From: Chloroflexota bacterium
GTDB lineage: Bacteria; Chloroflexota; Limnocylindria; QHBO01
Direction of reading: 5' to 3'
Length of the DNA: 64,000 nucleotides
Assembly (NCBI GenBank): GCA_039933775.1
Contig: JBDTNK010000001.1
Location: forward strand, 5,938-69,937
Shown here: positions 47,895 through 56,295 of the stretch, one piece after another
How positions within the stretch are numbered: the first letter of the stretch is position 1
Layout of the letters: each line of letters starts with the position of its first letter
Notes under the pieces: model-generated
The model's input: the letters and a program-made list of their open reading frames with translations, nothing else
Database searches by the model: none
What the model was told of the DNA's origin: nothing
Translations under genes and position numbers: made by a program

Positions 47895-49088
47895 ATGAAT
47901 CGGACGACGCCACCCCGTCACTGCATGGTGGTCGACAATTACTACCCGGACATCCGGGTCGAGCGGGAGGCACGCGCGCTCGCGCACCGAGGTCACGAGG
48001 TCGACATCATCTGCCTTCGAAACGAGGGCGAGCCGGCGCTCGAGCGGGCGGACGGCATCACCGTGCATCGGCTACCCGTTCGGCGCAAGCGAGGCGAGAG
48101 CCTTGGAGTGCAGCTCCTCGAATACGTGTCGTTCTGCGTCCGCGCCGGCGTTCTCCTGACCCGCCGCCACCTCCAGCGGCGCTATGACGTGGTCCAGGTC
48201 CACAACGTCCCGAACTTCCTCGTCTTCAGTGCGATCGCGGCGAAGCTTTCCGGGACGCCAATCATCCTCGACATGCACGACCTGATGCCCGAGTTCTTTG
48301 CCAGCCGTTTCGGTGGGCGCCCAGACTCGCTGCGCATGCGCCTGGTGCGCCTCGAGGAGCGGTTGAGCGCGGCATTTGCCGACCAGCTCCTGACGGTGAC
48401 CGATCTCTGGGCCGGGGCGCTCATCGAGCGAGGGCAACGTCCCGAGCGAGTGGGCGTGGTGATGAACCTGCCGGACGAGGAACTGTTCGCGCCGGTCCCT
48501 CCTCAGATCCGTGAGGCGCCCGACCCGCTCACCCTCGTCTACCACGGGACCATCACGTTCCGATATGGGATCGATATCCTGCTGCGCGCCCTGGCCACTG
48601 TCCGCGCCCGTCGCTCGGTGAAGCTCGTCCTCCACGGCCGCGGCGAGTACCTGCCCGAGGTCGAGCGCCTGATCGACGAGCTCGGCCTGCACGACGCAGT
48701 CGAGGTCAGTACCGCGCTCCTGCCGACCGGCGAGCTGCAAGCCATCATCGGCAAGGCGGACATCGGCATCGTGCCGAACCGGCGCGACGTGTTCACCGAC
48801 GGAATTCTTCCGACCAAGCTCATGGAATACGCGGCGCTTGGGATCCCGGCCATCGTCTCTCGGACAAGCGCCACCGAGGCCTATTTCAGCGACGAGATGG
48901 TTCGCTTTGTCCCGGCTGGCGATCCGGTGGCGCTAGCCGACGCGATCCTGGAGCTTGGCGCCGAACCGCGGACACGCGAGGCGCTCGCGCGCCAGGCGCA
49001 GACGTTCACCGAGCAGCACCGGTGGTCCGATGAGGCTTGGCGCTATGTCGAGCTCGTCGAGCGCCTCGGCGGCCACGGGCTGGGGTGA
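47895..49088 (+). CDS. Glycosyltransferase family 4
   Basis: The start was chosen at MNRTTPPRHCMVVDNYYP. The C-terminal motif is GIVPNRRDVFTDGILPTKLMEYAALGIPAIVSRTS. Confidence 0.8.
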   Translation: MNRTTPPRHCMVVDNYYPDIRVEREARALAHRGHEVDIICLRNEGEPALERADGITVHRLPVRRKRGESLGVQLLEYVSFCVRAGVLLTRRHLQRRYDVVQVHNVPNFLVFSAIAAKLSGTPIILDMHDLMPEFFASRFGGRPDSLRMRLVRLEERLSAAFADQLLTVTDLWAGALIERGQRPERVGVVMNLPDEELFAPVPPQIREAPDPLTLVYHGTITFRYGIDILLRALATVRARRSVKLVLHGRGEYLPEVERLIDELGLHDAVEVSTALLPTGELQAIIGKADIGIVPNRRDVFTDGILPTKLMEYAALGIPAIVSRTSATEAYFSDEMVRFVPAGDPVALADAILELGAEPRTREALARQAQTFTEQHRWSDEAWRYVELVERLGGHGLG

Positions 49089-49230
49089 GGCCCGTTGCGT
49101 TCACGCCACGCTGTCTGCTGCCAGCACCTCCCCCGCAGGTGACCTGCTTCAGCGGAGTCGCTACCCTGTGGCGCGCGACGTCGTCAAGCGCGCTGCCCTA
49201 TTCGAACGACGAAGTGGAGACAGACCAAGG

Positions 49231-50328
49231 ATGATCCCGATTGCCCGCCCGCAGATGGGCACCGAAGAACGTGACTCGGTCTGGAGCGCCCTCAGCTCCG
49301 GCCAGCTGGCCCAGGGAGCGAAGGTCAAGGAATTCGAGGAGCGCTTTGCGACGTTCGTCGGCGCGCCGTATGCGGTGGCTACCAGCTCGGGCACCACGGC
49401 GCTGCATCTCGCACTGCTCGGCCTGGGCGTCGGTCCCGGTGACGAGGTGATCACCGTATCGTTCACGTTCACCGCCACCGTCAGTCCGATCCTGCACGTC
49501 GGGGCGCGACCAGTCTTCGTGGACGTCGACGCCGCGACATTTACCATGGATCCGGCTGGAGTTGAAGCCGCGATCACGCCGAGGACCCGGGCCATCATTC
49601 CGGTCAGCCTGTATGGGCACCCCGCGCCGATGCCGGAAATCACCGCGATCGCCGAGAGGCACGGGATCCCGGTCATCGAAGACGCCTGCCAGGCCCACGG
49701 CGCAACGCTGGACGGTCGGTCCAGCGGCGGATGGGGGATCGGCGTCTTCAGCTTCTACCCCACCAAGAACATGACCACCGGCGAGGGTGGAATCATCACG
49801 ACCAACGACGAGGGCTTAGCCGAGCGAACGCGGCTGCTTCGCGAGCACGGCATGCGGGAGCGCTACCGACCGGACATCCTCGGCTACAACTTTCGGATGA
49901 CCGATGTCCACGCCAGCATCGGGCTGCCGCAGCTTGACAAGCTGCCGGCCGCCAACGCGCGGCGCCAGGCGATCGCGCAGCGGTACACGAGCGAGCTGCA
50001 CGGTGTCATCACGCCGACCGTCCGTCGTGGCGCGACGCACGTGTATCACCAGTACACGCTGCGCGTCGGTCAGCGTGATGCGTTCGCCGAGTCTCTCGCG
50101 GGACAGGGCGTCGGCTCGAACGTCTATTACCCTGTTCCTGTCGATCGTCAGCGGCCACTCATCGAGCTTGGGTTCAGCGGCGGTGTGCTGCCCGTGACCG
50201 AGCGACTCACCGACGAGATCCTCTCGATTCCGGTGCACCCCGCCCTGAGCGACGAGGAGGTCGCGACCGTCGTCCGCGCCGTGAACGCCACCGCCGCGGA
50301 GCTCGGGCCGCCGTCGACGGGGGACTGA
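49231..50328 (+). CDS. DegT/DnrJ/EryC1/StrS-family PLP-dependent nucleotide-sugar aminotransferase
   Basis: The start was chosen at MIPIARPQMGTEE. It has a PLP-lysine region FSFYPTKNMTTGEGG. Length is about 365 aa. Confidence 0.85.
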   Translation: MIPIARPQMGTEERDSVWSALSSGQLAQGAKVKEFEERFATFVGAPYAVATSSGTTALHLALLGLGVGPGDEVITVSFTFTATVSPILHVGARPVFVDVDAATFTMDPAGVEAAITPRTRAIIPVSLYGHPAPMPEITAIAERHGIPVIEDACQAHGATLDGRSSGGWGIGVFSFYPTKNMTTGEGGIITTNDEGLAERTRLLREHGMRERYRPDILGYNFRMTDVHASIGLPQLDKLPAANARRQAIAQRYTSELHGVITPTVRRGATHVYHQYTLRVGQRDAFAESLAGQGVGSNVYYPVPVDRQRPLIELGFSGGVLPVTERLTDEILSIPVHPALSDEEVATVVRAVNATAAELGPPSTGD

Positions 50329-50426
50329 CGGCAGCGTCGCTTCCCCGTGCTCGGGGGGATGTGGTGCGTACTGGCGACAGTGACCGCAGCACGGCGGGCG
50401 GATCGCTTGTGACGGCAGTACGCTAG

Positions 50427-51134
50427 GTGGAGATCAGCGAGGTGTGGCTGCCGGCCTCTCGAGGTTGGCGCGCAGGGATCGGGACCTCCGCTGACCTGCG
50501 AGTGAAGCTCGGTCATGAGGAGCGCATCGTGGGCCGGAGAGCTGTCGTCCTTTGCGAGGGCTGTTGGCGTGAGACGGATCGCGTCAGTTATTGCGTGGGC
50601 TGCAAGCTGACACTGTGTACCGCGTGCCGCGGCGACCACATCATCACGTGTGAAGGCTGCACCGGGTCGATGCTTCGGGGCGGTCGTCACGTTGTTGCCC
50701 TGGCGCGATGTGCAACGGAGGTCCTGGCCGACGCTGGCCGAGAGGCCGAGACGCTGGCACAGCGCGCGAACGAGCAGGCGCAATGGTCGCGGCCGGCGTC
50801 GTCGCAGGAGTACGCTGCCGTGCTGATCGAGACCTTGCAACGCGACCTCGTGATCGTGCTCGCGAAAGGTGAGGCAGCAGAGGTCGCCGGTGCCTTCGCC
50901 GCCTCGTCGTTGCCGTCACGCAGCCGTCGCCGCGCCGATGAGCTTCGTGACGCGGAGGTCCGGTATCGGGATGCGTCTGCCGCGGCTCGGCGGGCCATCG
51001 ATTCGGTCGCAGCTGCGACCGCACAAACGACCGCCGCGGCACGACGACGAGTCGTATGGCGCCGCGCGATGGCGCTCGCCGTCCTGGTCATCGCCGCAAT
51101 CGGGGCGGTGCCGGTTCTCGAGCGGCTCTTCTAG
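50427..51134 (+). CDS. Hypothetical Cys-rich protein with a C-terminal TM anchor
   Basis: Four CxxC pairs (CEGC, CVGC, CTAC, CEGC) suggest zinc ribbons. A coiled-coil-like Ala/Arg-rich middle is followed by a C-terminal hydrophobic tail AMALAVLVIAAIGAVPVL. Confidence 0.35.
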   Translation: MEISEVWLPASRGWRAGIGTSADLRVKLGHEERIVGRRAVVLCEGCWRETDRVSYCVGCKLTLCTACRGDHIITCEGCTGSMLRGGRHVVALARCATEVLADAGREAETLAQRANEQAQWSRPASSQEYAAVLIETLQRDLVIVLAKGEAAEVAGAFAASSLPSRSRRRADELRDAEVRYRDASAAARRAIDSVAAATAQTTAAARRRVVWRRAMALAVLVIAAIGAVPVLERLF

Positions 51135-51150
51135 CGCGTGGCTGAACGGG

Positions 51151-52563
51151 TCAGCCGCGATGCGTCGCAGTCTGGCCGTCGGGCGTGTCGCGGACCTCGA
51201 CACCGAGCGCTGCGAGCTCCTCGCGCAGCGAGTCCGAGGCCTCGTAGTCACGAGCGGCGCGCGCGGCTGCTCGACGCTCGAGCAGCTCAGCGGCGCCGGC
51301 CGGCAACTCGCCATCCTCATCGGGCGCGCGCGCGATGTCGACGCCGAGGATGCGGTCGAAGTCCACCAGCAGCGCGCGCTTCTGCGCGGGATCGAGTTCC
51401 GCGGAAGACGCCACCTCGTGCGCGACTGCCACCGCGCGCGGTGTCGACAGGTCGTCGGAGATGGCATCGGTGAAGCGTGTGCGGTAGATGGCGGCGGGAG
51501 CCGCCAAGAGGTCCACCGCGGCGGCATCGGTCTGTGAGGCAGCCGTGGCGGCGCGACGCAGGCGAGCCAGTCCGGTAGCGGCGGCCTGCATGGCGGCCTC
51601 GGTGAAATCGAGCTTGGACCGATAGTGCGCCTGGAGGGCGAGGTAGCGGAAGACGAGCGGATCGAAGCCCTTCGACGGCAGGTCGGTGGTACGGATGATG
51701 TTGCCGGCCGACTTCGCCATCTTTGCGTCGTTGAGCGTCAGGAATTCGCCATGCATCCAGGTTCGCACCACCTCGTGACCCAGCGCGCCCTCGCTCTGGG
51801 CGATCTCGTCCTCGTGATGTGGGAACTTGTTGTCGATTCCGCCGGTGTGGATGTCGACGTGCTCGCCGAGATGAGCGAGGCTCATGGCCGAGCACTCGAT
51901 GTGCCATCCCGGAAAGCCTTCGCCCCACGGTGACGGCCAGCGCATGAGGCGGTTGCGCCCGGCCGCCTTCCAGAGCGCAAAGTCCTCCTGGGCGTGCTTG
52001 TCGGCCTCGATCTCGACTCGGTGGCCGGCCTGCATGGCATCGATCCGCTGGCCCGAGAGCTTGCCGTAGCCGGGAAACGCGCTGACATCGAAGTAGACGT
52101 TGCCATTCGTCTCGTAGGCGAGCCCACGATCGAGCAGCGTCTGCGTCATCTCGATCATCTGGCCGATGTGCTCGGTCGCGCGCGGGTAGACGTGCACCGG
52201 CAGGATGTTGATGGCGGCCTCGTCCGCCAGCCACGCTTCGGTGTAGTACGCGGCGATCTCGAATGGCGACTTGCCCTCGGTCTCGGCGGCGAGCTCCATG
52301 CGGTCCTCGTCGGTGTCGTCGCGCATGTGACCGACATCGGTGACGTTCTTGACGTGGCGCACCTCGTAGCCCAGGTATTCGAGCGAGCGACGCAGGATGT
52401 CCGCGAAGAGGAAGCTGCGCAGGTTGCCGATGTGCGCGTAGTGGTACACCGTCGGGCCGCAGGTGTAGATCCGGACCCTGCCCGGTTCGATGGGCTCGAG
52501 CGGCTCGACCCTGCGGGTCAGCGAGTTGTACAGCTGAACGGGATGTGGCGTGTCGTGGGGCAT
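51151..52563 (-). CDS. cysS: Cysteinyl-tRNA synthetase
   Basis: Class I aaRS motifs CGPTVYHYAHIGN (HIGH) and KMAKSAGN (KMSKS). Length is 470 aa. Confidence 0.9.
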   Translation of the reverse strand: MPHDTPHPVQLYNSLTRRVEPLEPIEPGRVRIYTCGPTVYHYAHIGNLRSFLFADILRRSLEYLGYEVRHVKNVTDVGHMRDDTDEDRMELAAETEGKSPFEIAAYYTEAWLADEAAINILPVHVYPRATEHIGQMIEMTQTLLDRGLAYETNGNVYFDVSAFPGYGKLSGQRIDAMQAGHRVEIEADKHAQEDFALWKAAGRNRLMRWPSPWGEGFPGWHIECSAMSLAHLGEHVDIHTGGIDNKFPHHEDEIAQSEGALGHEVVRTWMHGEFLTLNDAKMAKSAGNIIRTTDLPSKGFDPLVFRYLALQAHYRSKLDFTEAAMQAAATGLARLRRAATAASQTDAAAVDLLAAPAAIYRTRFTDAISDDLSTPRAVAVAHEVASSAELDPAQKRALLVDFDRILGVDIARAPDEDGELPAGAAELLERRAAARAARDYEASDSLREELAALGVEVRDTPDGQTATHRG

Positions 52564-52606
52564 CGCGCAAGATTGTACCGACGTGCCGCGCCTATGCTTG
52601 GCCTCG

Positions 52607-53197
52607 ATGCCCCGCCCCGATGCGTCTCACCAGCTGCCGATGACCCTTGGCGAGGAGCCCGCCTTCTGCCCCGCATGCGGCAAGCCGCTGACCGAACGCG
52701 TACTCGGGGCCGATCATCGAGCGCGTCTCGTGTGTCCCGAAGGACATGTCACGTGGCAGAACCCGCGCGTGGTCGTCGGCACGCTGCCCACTGCCGGCGG
52801 CAGGGTGCACCTCGCGCGGCGCACGATCGAACCGGGCGCCGGCCGCTGGACGTATCCGGGCGGCTTCCTGGAGCTTGGCGAGTCGGCCGCGGAGGGTGCG
52901 CGTCGCGAGACCGAAGAGGAGACGCAGCTGCTGGTCGAGATCGGGCGCCTCGTGGGCGTCTACTCGCGCCCGCAGGTCGGGATCGTGACGATCGTGTATG
53001 AGGCCACGGTGATCGGTGGTGAGGCGCTCGCGGGCGACGAGACGAGCGAGGTGCGCGCCTTCGATCCCGACCACCTCCCGTGGGAGGAGCTGGCATTCAC
53101 GACGGTCGAATCCGCCTTGCGTGACTGGATCGCCTCGCTGCCCGGCCGCGGCCAACGGCGCGAGCCGGAGCTCTACGTGACCGGCGATCCGCCGTGA
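52607..53197 (+). CDS. NUDIX hydrolase with N-terminal zinc ribbon (NudC-like)
   Basis: The zinc ribbon is CPACGKPL...CPEGH and the Nudix box is GGFLELGESAAEGARRETEEETQL. An alternative start lies at 52640. Confidence 0.6.
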   Translation: MPRPDASHQLPMTLGEEPAFCPACGKPLTERVLGADHRARLVCPEGHVTWQNPRVVVGTLPTAGGRVHLARRTIEPGAGRWTYPGGFLELGESAAEGARRETEEETQLLVEIGRLVGVYSRPQVGIVTIVYEATVIGGEALAGDETSEVRAFDPDHLPWEELAFTTVESALRDWIASLPGRGQRREPELYVTGDPP

Positions 53198-53661
53198 GTC
53201 GCGCCCTCGGCACGCAGGACGTCACCGCGCAAAGGTAGCCCGATCCCGAGTACCAGTCCGTAGAAGATCGTCGCGACGAGCGGTGCCATCTCGAGCCCGG
53301 CGTCGGTGCGGGTCAGCGTCGCGAGGCCCGTGGCGAGGAGCGCCCATGCCAGGAGCGCAAACAGGGGCGCGGCCGCGGCGAGCGTCATGCGCACCGTGAA
53401 GAAGCGTCCGAAGAAGTACGCGAAGCACATGCCCACCAGCGCGCCACCGAGCTGGACGAGCGCGAAGCCAATCACGAAGGCCAGCTCGGGGATCGTTCCC
53501 GCGCCATCCACCAGCGCGGTGGCCAGCGGCCGCAGCGGGCCCAGCGCGTCGCCGGCCACCAACGCGGCGACGATCATCGCCAACGCCAGCCACACGTATG
53601 CCGCCGCGAGCCCGGTCACGAAGCCGCGGTACGCGAGTCGAAGCCCAAGCACCTCGGTCAT
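53173..53661 (-). CDS. Small membrane protein, unknown function
   Basis: Four hydrophobic helices follow the MTEVLGL start. The upstream 70 codons of the track ORF are Arg/Ser-rich and non-protein-like. Confidence 0.3.
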   Translation of the reverse strand: MTEVLGLRLAYRGFVTGLAAAYVWLALAMIVAALVAGDALGPLRPLATALVDGAGTIPELAFVIGFALVQLGGALVGMCFAYFFGRFFTVRMTLAAAAPLFALLAWALLATGLATLTRTDAGLEMAPLVATIFYGLVLGIGLPLRGDVLRAEGATHGGSPVT

Positions 53662-53758
53662 TGCAGCTGAGTGTGGCCCGATGCGCGGCCCGAGGACACC
53701 GGACCGAAGGTCCCGTGCCTGCCCGTACCCACGATAGGGTTTGGCTGGGGATCGACGC

Positions 53759-55024
53759 TCAGGAGAGGCGGCGGAAGACCGCGACGGCGTTCTGGCCGCC
53801 GAACCCGAAGCCATTGATGATCGCCGTCTCCACGGCGAGCGCGCGCGCCACGTTGGGCGTGTAGTCGAGGTCACATGCGGGGTCTGGCGTCTCGTAATTG
53901 ATCGTGGGGCTCACCACACCGTCGCGGATGGCCAGGATCGCGTTCAGCGCGCTCATGACCCCCGCTGCGCCCAGGGTGTGGCCGAGCATGCTCTTGTTGC
54001 TCGTGACTGCCAGGCGTGCCGCATGCTCCCCGAACGCGGATTTGATCGCCTTCGTCTCCGTCGCGTCGTTGAGCGACGTGCTCGTGCCGTGGGCCACGAT
54101 CAGGTCGACCTCGTCCGGCGCCACCCCAGCGTCGCGGAGCGCGCGCACCATGGCCCGCGCAGCTCCATCGCCGGACGGGTCGGGGGCCGAGATGTGGAAC
54201 GCGTCGCCGGTGAGGGCGCCGCCTGCAAGCTCGGCGATCGGCGTCGCCCCACGTGCCTCGGCGTGCGCGGCCGATTCGACGACCGCGATGCCGGCAGCTT
54301 CGCCGAAGACGAACCCGTCGCGATCCGCGTCGAACGGTCGAGACGCGCCCCGTGGATCGTCGTTGCGGCGCGAGAGGGCACCCATGTTGTTGAGCGCGGC
54401 GAAGGCGACCGGGAGCACGGCACTCTCGGTGCCGCCGGTGATGACGACCTCCGCGTCTCCATGCTCGATCAGGCGCTGTGCCTCCACGAAGGCCTGCACC
54501 GATGAGGCGCACGCGGCGACGCTCGTGATGATCGGGCCGCGGATGCCGTTCTGGATGCTGATCTGGCATGCCGCCATGGAGGGCGAGAGCATCGGCACCA
54601 TGAAGGGGCTGACGCGCTTCGGCCCGCTCTCGTGGTAGGTCATCTGGCCGGCCGCGACGTCGCCCACGCCGCCGGCGCCGGTGTTGACGGCAACCGCCAC
54701 CTCGTCACGGTTGGCATCGTCGATCGTGAGGCCCGCGGCCTCGATGGCCTGCGCGGCGGCAGCGACTGCCAGCTGCGCGAAGCGGCTCATGCGTCGCGCG
54801 GCCTTGAATTCGATCCAGGTCCGCGGGTCAAAATCCTTGACCTCCGCCGCGATCTGGACTTCCTCGTTGGCGGGATCGTAGGCGGTGATCCGCGCGGCGC
54901 CGCTCACCCCGTCGCGCAGGTTGCGCCAGAAGGTCTCGACGTCGTTGCCGAGCGGGGTGATGGCGCCGAGCCCGGTGACGACGGCGCGACGCGATGGATC
55001 CCTGCTCGGCGGTGCCTGCCTCAT
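53759..55024 (-). CDS. fabF: 3-oxoacyl-ACP synthase II (KAS II)
   Basis: The N-terminus is RRAVVTGLGAITPLGN. It has a thiolase-fold Cys region and a C-terminal NGFGFGGQNAVAVF. Confidence 0.8.
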   Translation of the reverse strand: MRQAPPSRDPSRRAVVTGLGAITPLGNDVETFWRNLRDGVSGAARITAYDPANEEVQIAAEVKDFDPRTWIEFKAARRMSRFAQLAVAAAAQAIEAAGLTIDDANRDEVAVAVNTGAGGVGDVAAGQMTYHESGPKRVSPFMVPMLSPSMAACQISIQNGIRGPIITSVAACASSVQAFVEAQRLIEHGDAEVVITGGTESAVLPVAFAALNNMGALSRRNDDPRGASRPFDADRDGFVFGEAAGIAVVESAAHAEARGATPIAELAGGALTGDAFHISAPDPSGDGAARAMVRALRDAGVAPDEVDLIVAHGTSTSLNDATETKAIKSAFGEHAARLAVTSNKSMLGHTLGAAGVMSALNAILAIRDGVVSPTINYETPDPACDLDYTPNVARALAVETAIINGFGFGGQNAVAVFRRLS

Positions 55025-56295
55025 TCGCCCTCCCAACGGCGGAGGATGATCGTGCTGTTGTGCCCGCCGAGGCCCATCGAGTTGCTCAGCGCAACGCGGA
55101 CATCGGCCTGTCGAGCCTCGTTCGGGACGTAGTCGAGCGTCAGCTCGGGGTCCGGCTCGCGGTAGTTGATCGTGGGCGGGATGCAGCCGGTCTCCAGCAC
55201 GCGGGCGCAGACCCAGCCCTCGAAGGCGCCCGCCGCGCCCATCATGTGTCCGGTCATCGACTTCGTCGAGCTGATCGCGACGCGCCTCGCATGCTCTCCG
55301 AAGACCGATTCAATCGCGGCTGACTCGTATCGGTCGTTGAGCGGCGTGCTGGTGCCGTGCGCGTTGATGTAGTCGACCTGTTCAGGACCGATGCGGGCGC
55401 GCGCCAGGGCGGCGCGCATGGAGCGCTGGCTGCCCTCGCCTTGCTCGGCCGGCGCCGCCATGTGGAAGGCGTCGGCCGACGAGCCGTAGCCGATCACCTC
55501 GGCGCGGATGTGCGCGCCTCGCTTGCGGGCGTGCTCGAGCTCCTCGAGGACCAGCACCGCCGATCCCTCCGCGATCACGAAGCCGTTGCGCGTCGCGTCG
55601 AAGGGCCGGCTGGCCGTGGTCGGATCGTCGTCGATGGGCGTGCCGAGCGCGCGCATCTGGCTGAACCCGGCGTAGGCGAGGGGGACGAGCGGCGCCTCGG
55701 TCCCGGCGCCAAGCATGACATCGGCCTGGCCGCGCACGATCGCCTCCATCGCCTCGCCGATGGCGTGGCCGCCGGTGGCGCACGCGCTCACGATCGCCAT
55801 GTTCGGTCCGCGGATGCCGAACTGGATCGCGACCATGCCAGATGCGGCGTCGGGGATCATGTGCTGGATCATGAACGGCGAGACGCGCGCCGGGCCGCGC
55901 TCGAGGAGGGTCTGCACGCCCTCCGAGATCATCCCGATGCCGCCGATGGCGGTGCCGAAGACGATCCCGAAGCGGTCGCGATCGGCGCGCGCCGGATCGA
56001 CCTTGCGATCCTCGCCCAGCAGCCCGGCGTCGATCAGCGCCTCGCCCGTCGCGCCGACCGCGAAGTGCGTGTTGCGGTCGTGGCGCCGTACTTCGCGCGC
56101 GTCCATGAACCGCGAAGGGTCGAAGTCGGTCACCTCGCCGCCGATCCCCGCCTTGCCGTAGCCCGATGCGTCGAAGCGCGTGACCGGCTTGATGCCGGAC
56201 CGCCCCGAGGTGAGCGCCTGCCACGCGACATCGTTGCCGGTCCCGACCGGCGCGACGACGCCCAGGCCGGTGACGACGGCCCGGCGCTGGGTCAC
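55021..56295 (-). CDS. 3-oxoacyl-ACP synthase (second FabF/KasA-like paralog)
   Basis: A GTG start gives (V)TQRRAVVTGLGVVAPVG. The C-terminus is SNSMGLGGHNSTIIL. The start overlaps the fabD stop as GTGA. Confidence 0.8.
   Translation of the reverse strand: MTQRRAVVTGLGVVAPVGTGNDVAWQALTSGRSGIKPVTRFDASGYGKAGIGGEVTDFDPSRFMDAREVRRHDRNTHFAVGATGEALIDAGLLGEDRKVDPARADRDRFGIVFGTAIGGIGMISEGVQTLLERGPARVSPFMIQHMIPDAASGMVAIQFGIRGPNMAIVSACATGGHAIGEAMEAIVRGQADVMLGAGTEAPLVPLAYAGFSQMRALGTPIDDDPTTASRPFDATRNGFVIAEGSAVLVLEELEHARKRGAHIRAEVIGYGSSADAFHMAAPAEQGEGSQRSMRAALARARIGPEQVDYINAHGTSTPLNDRYESAAIESVFGEHARRVAISSTKSMTGHMMGAAGAFEGWVCARVLETGCIPPTINYREPDPELTLDYVPNEARQADVRVALSNSMGLGGHNSTIILRRWEGE

Noticed and set aside
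46323-49088. Considered annotating a complete ArnBCADTEF operon
   Set aside because: The glycosyltransferase is GT4-type rather than the GT2 ArnC. No ArnT (GT83), ArnD deformylase or ArnE/F is present. So only an Ara4FN-like or formamido-sugar inference is reported, not an arn operon.
51138-51156. Short inverted repeat gctgaacgggtcagc between the convergent cysS and hypothetical-gene stops, considered as a bidirectional terminator
   Set aside because: The stem is only 5 bp with no U-tract. It overlaps the cysS stop codon. This is too weak to call.
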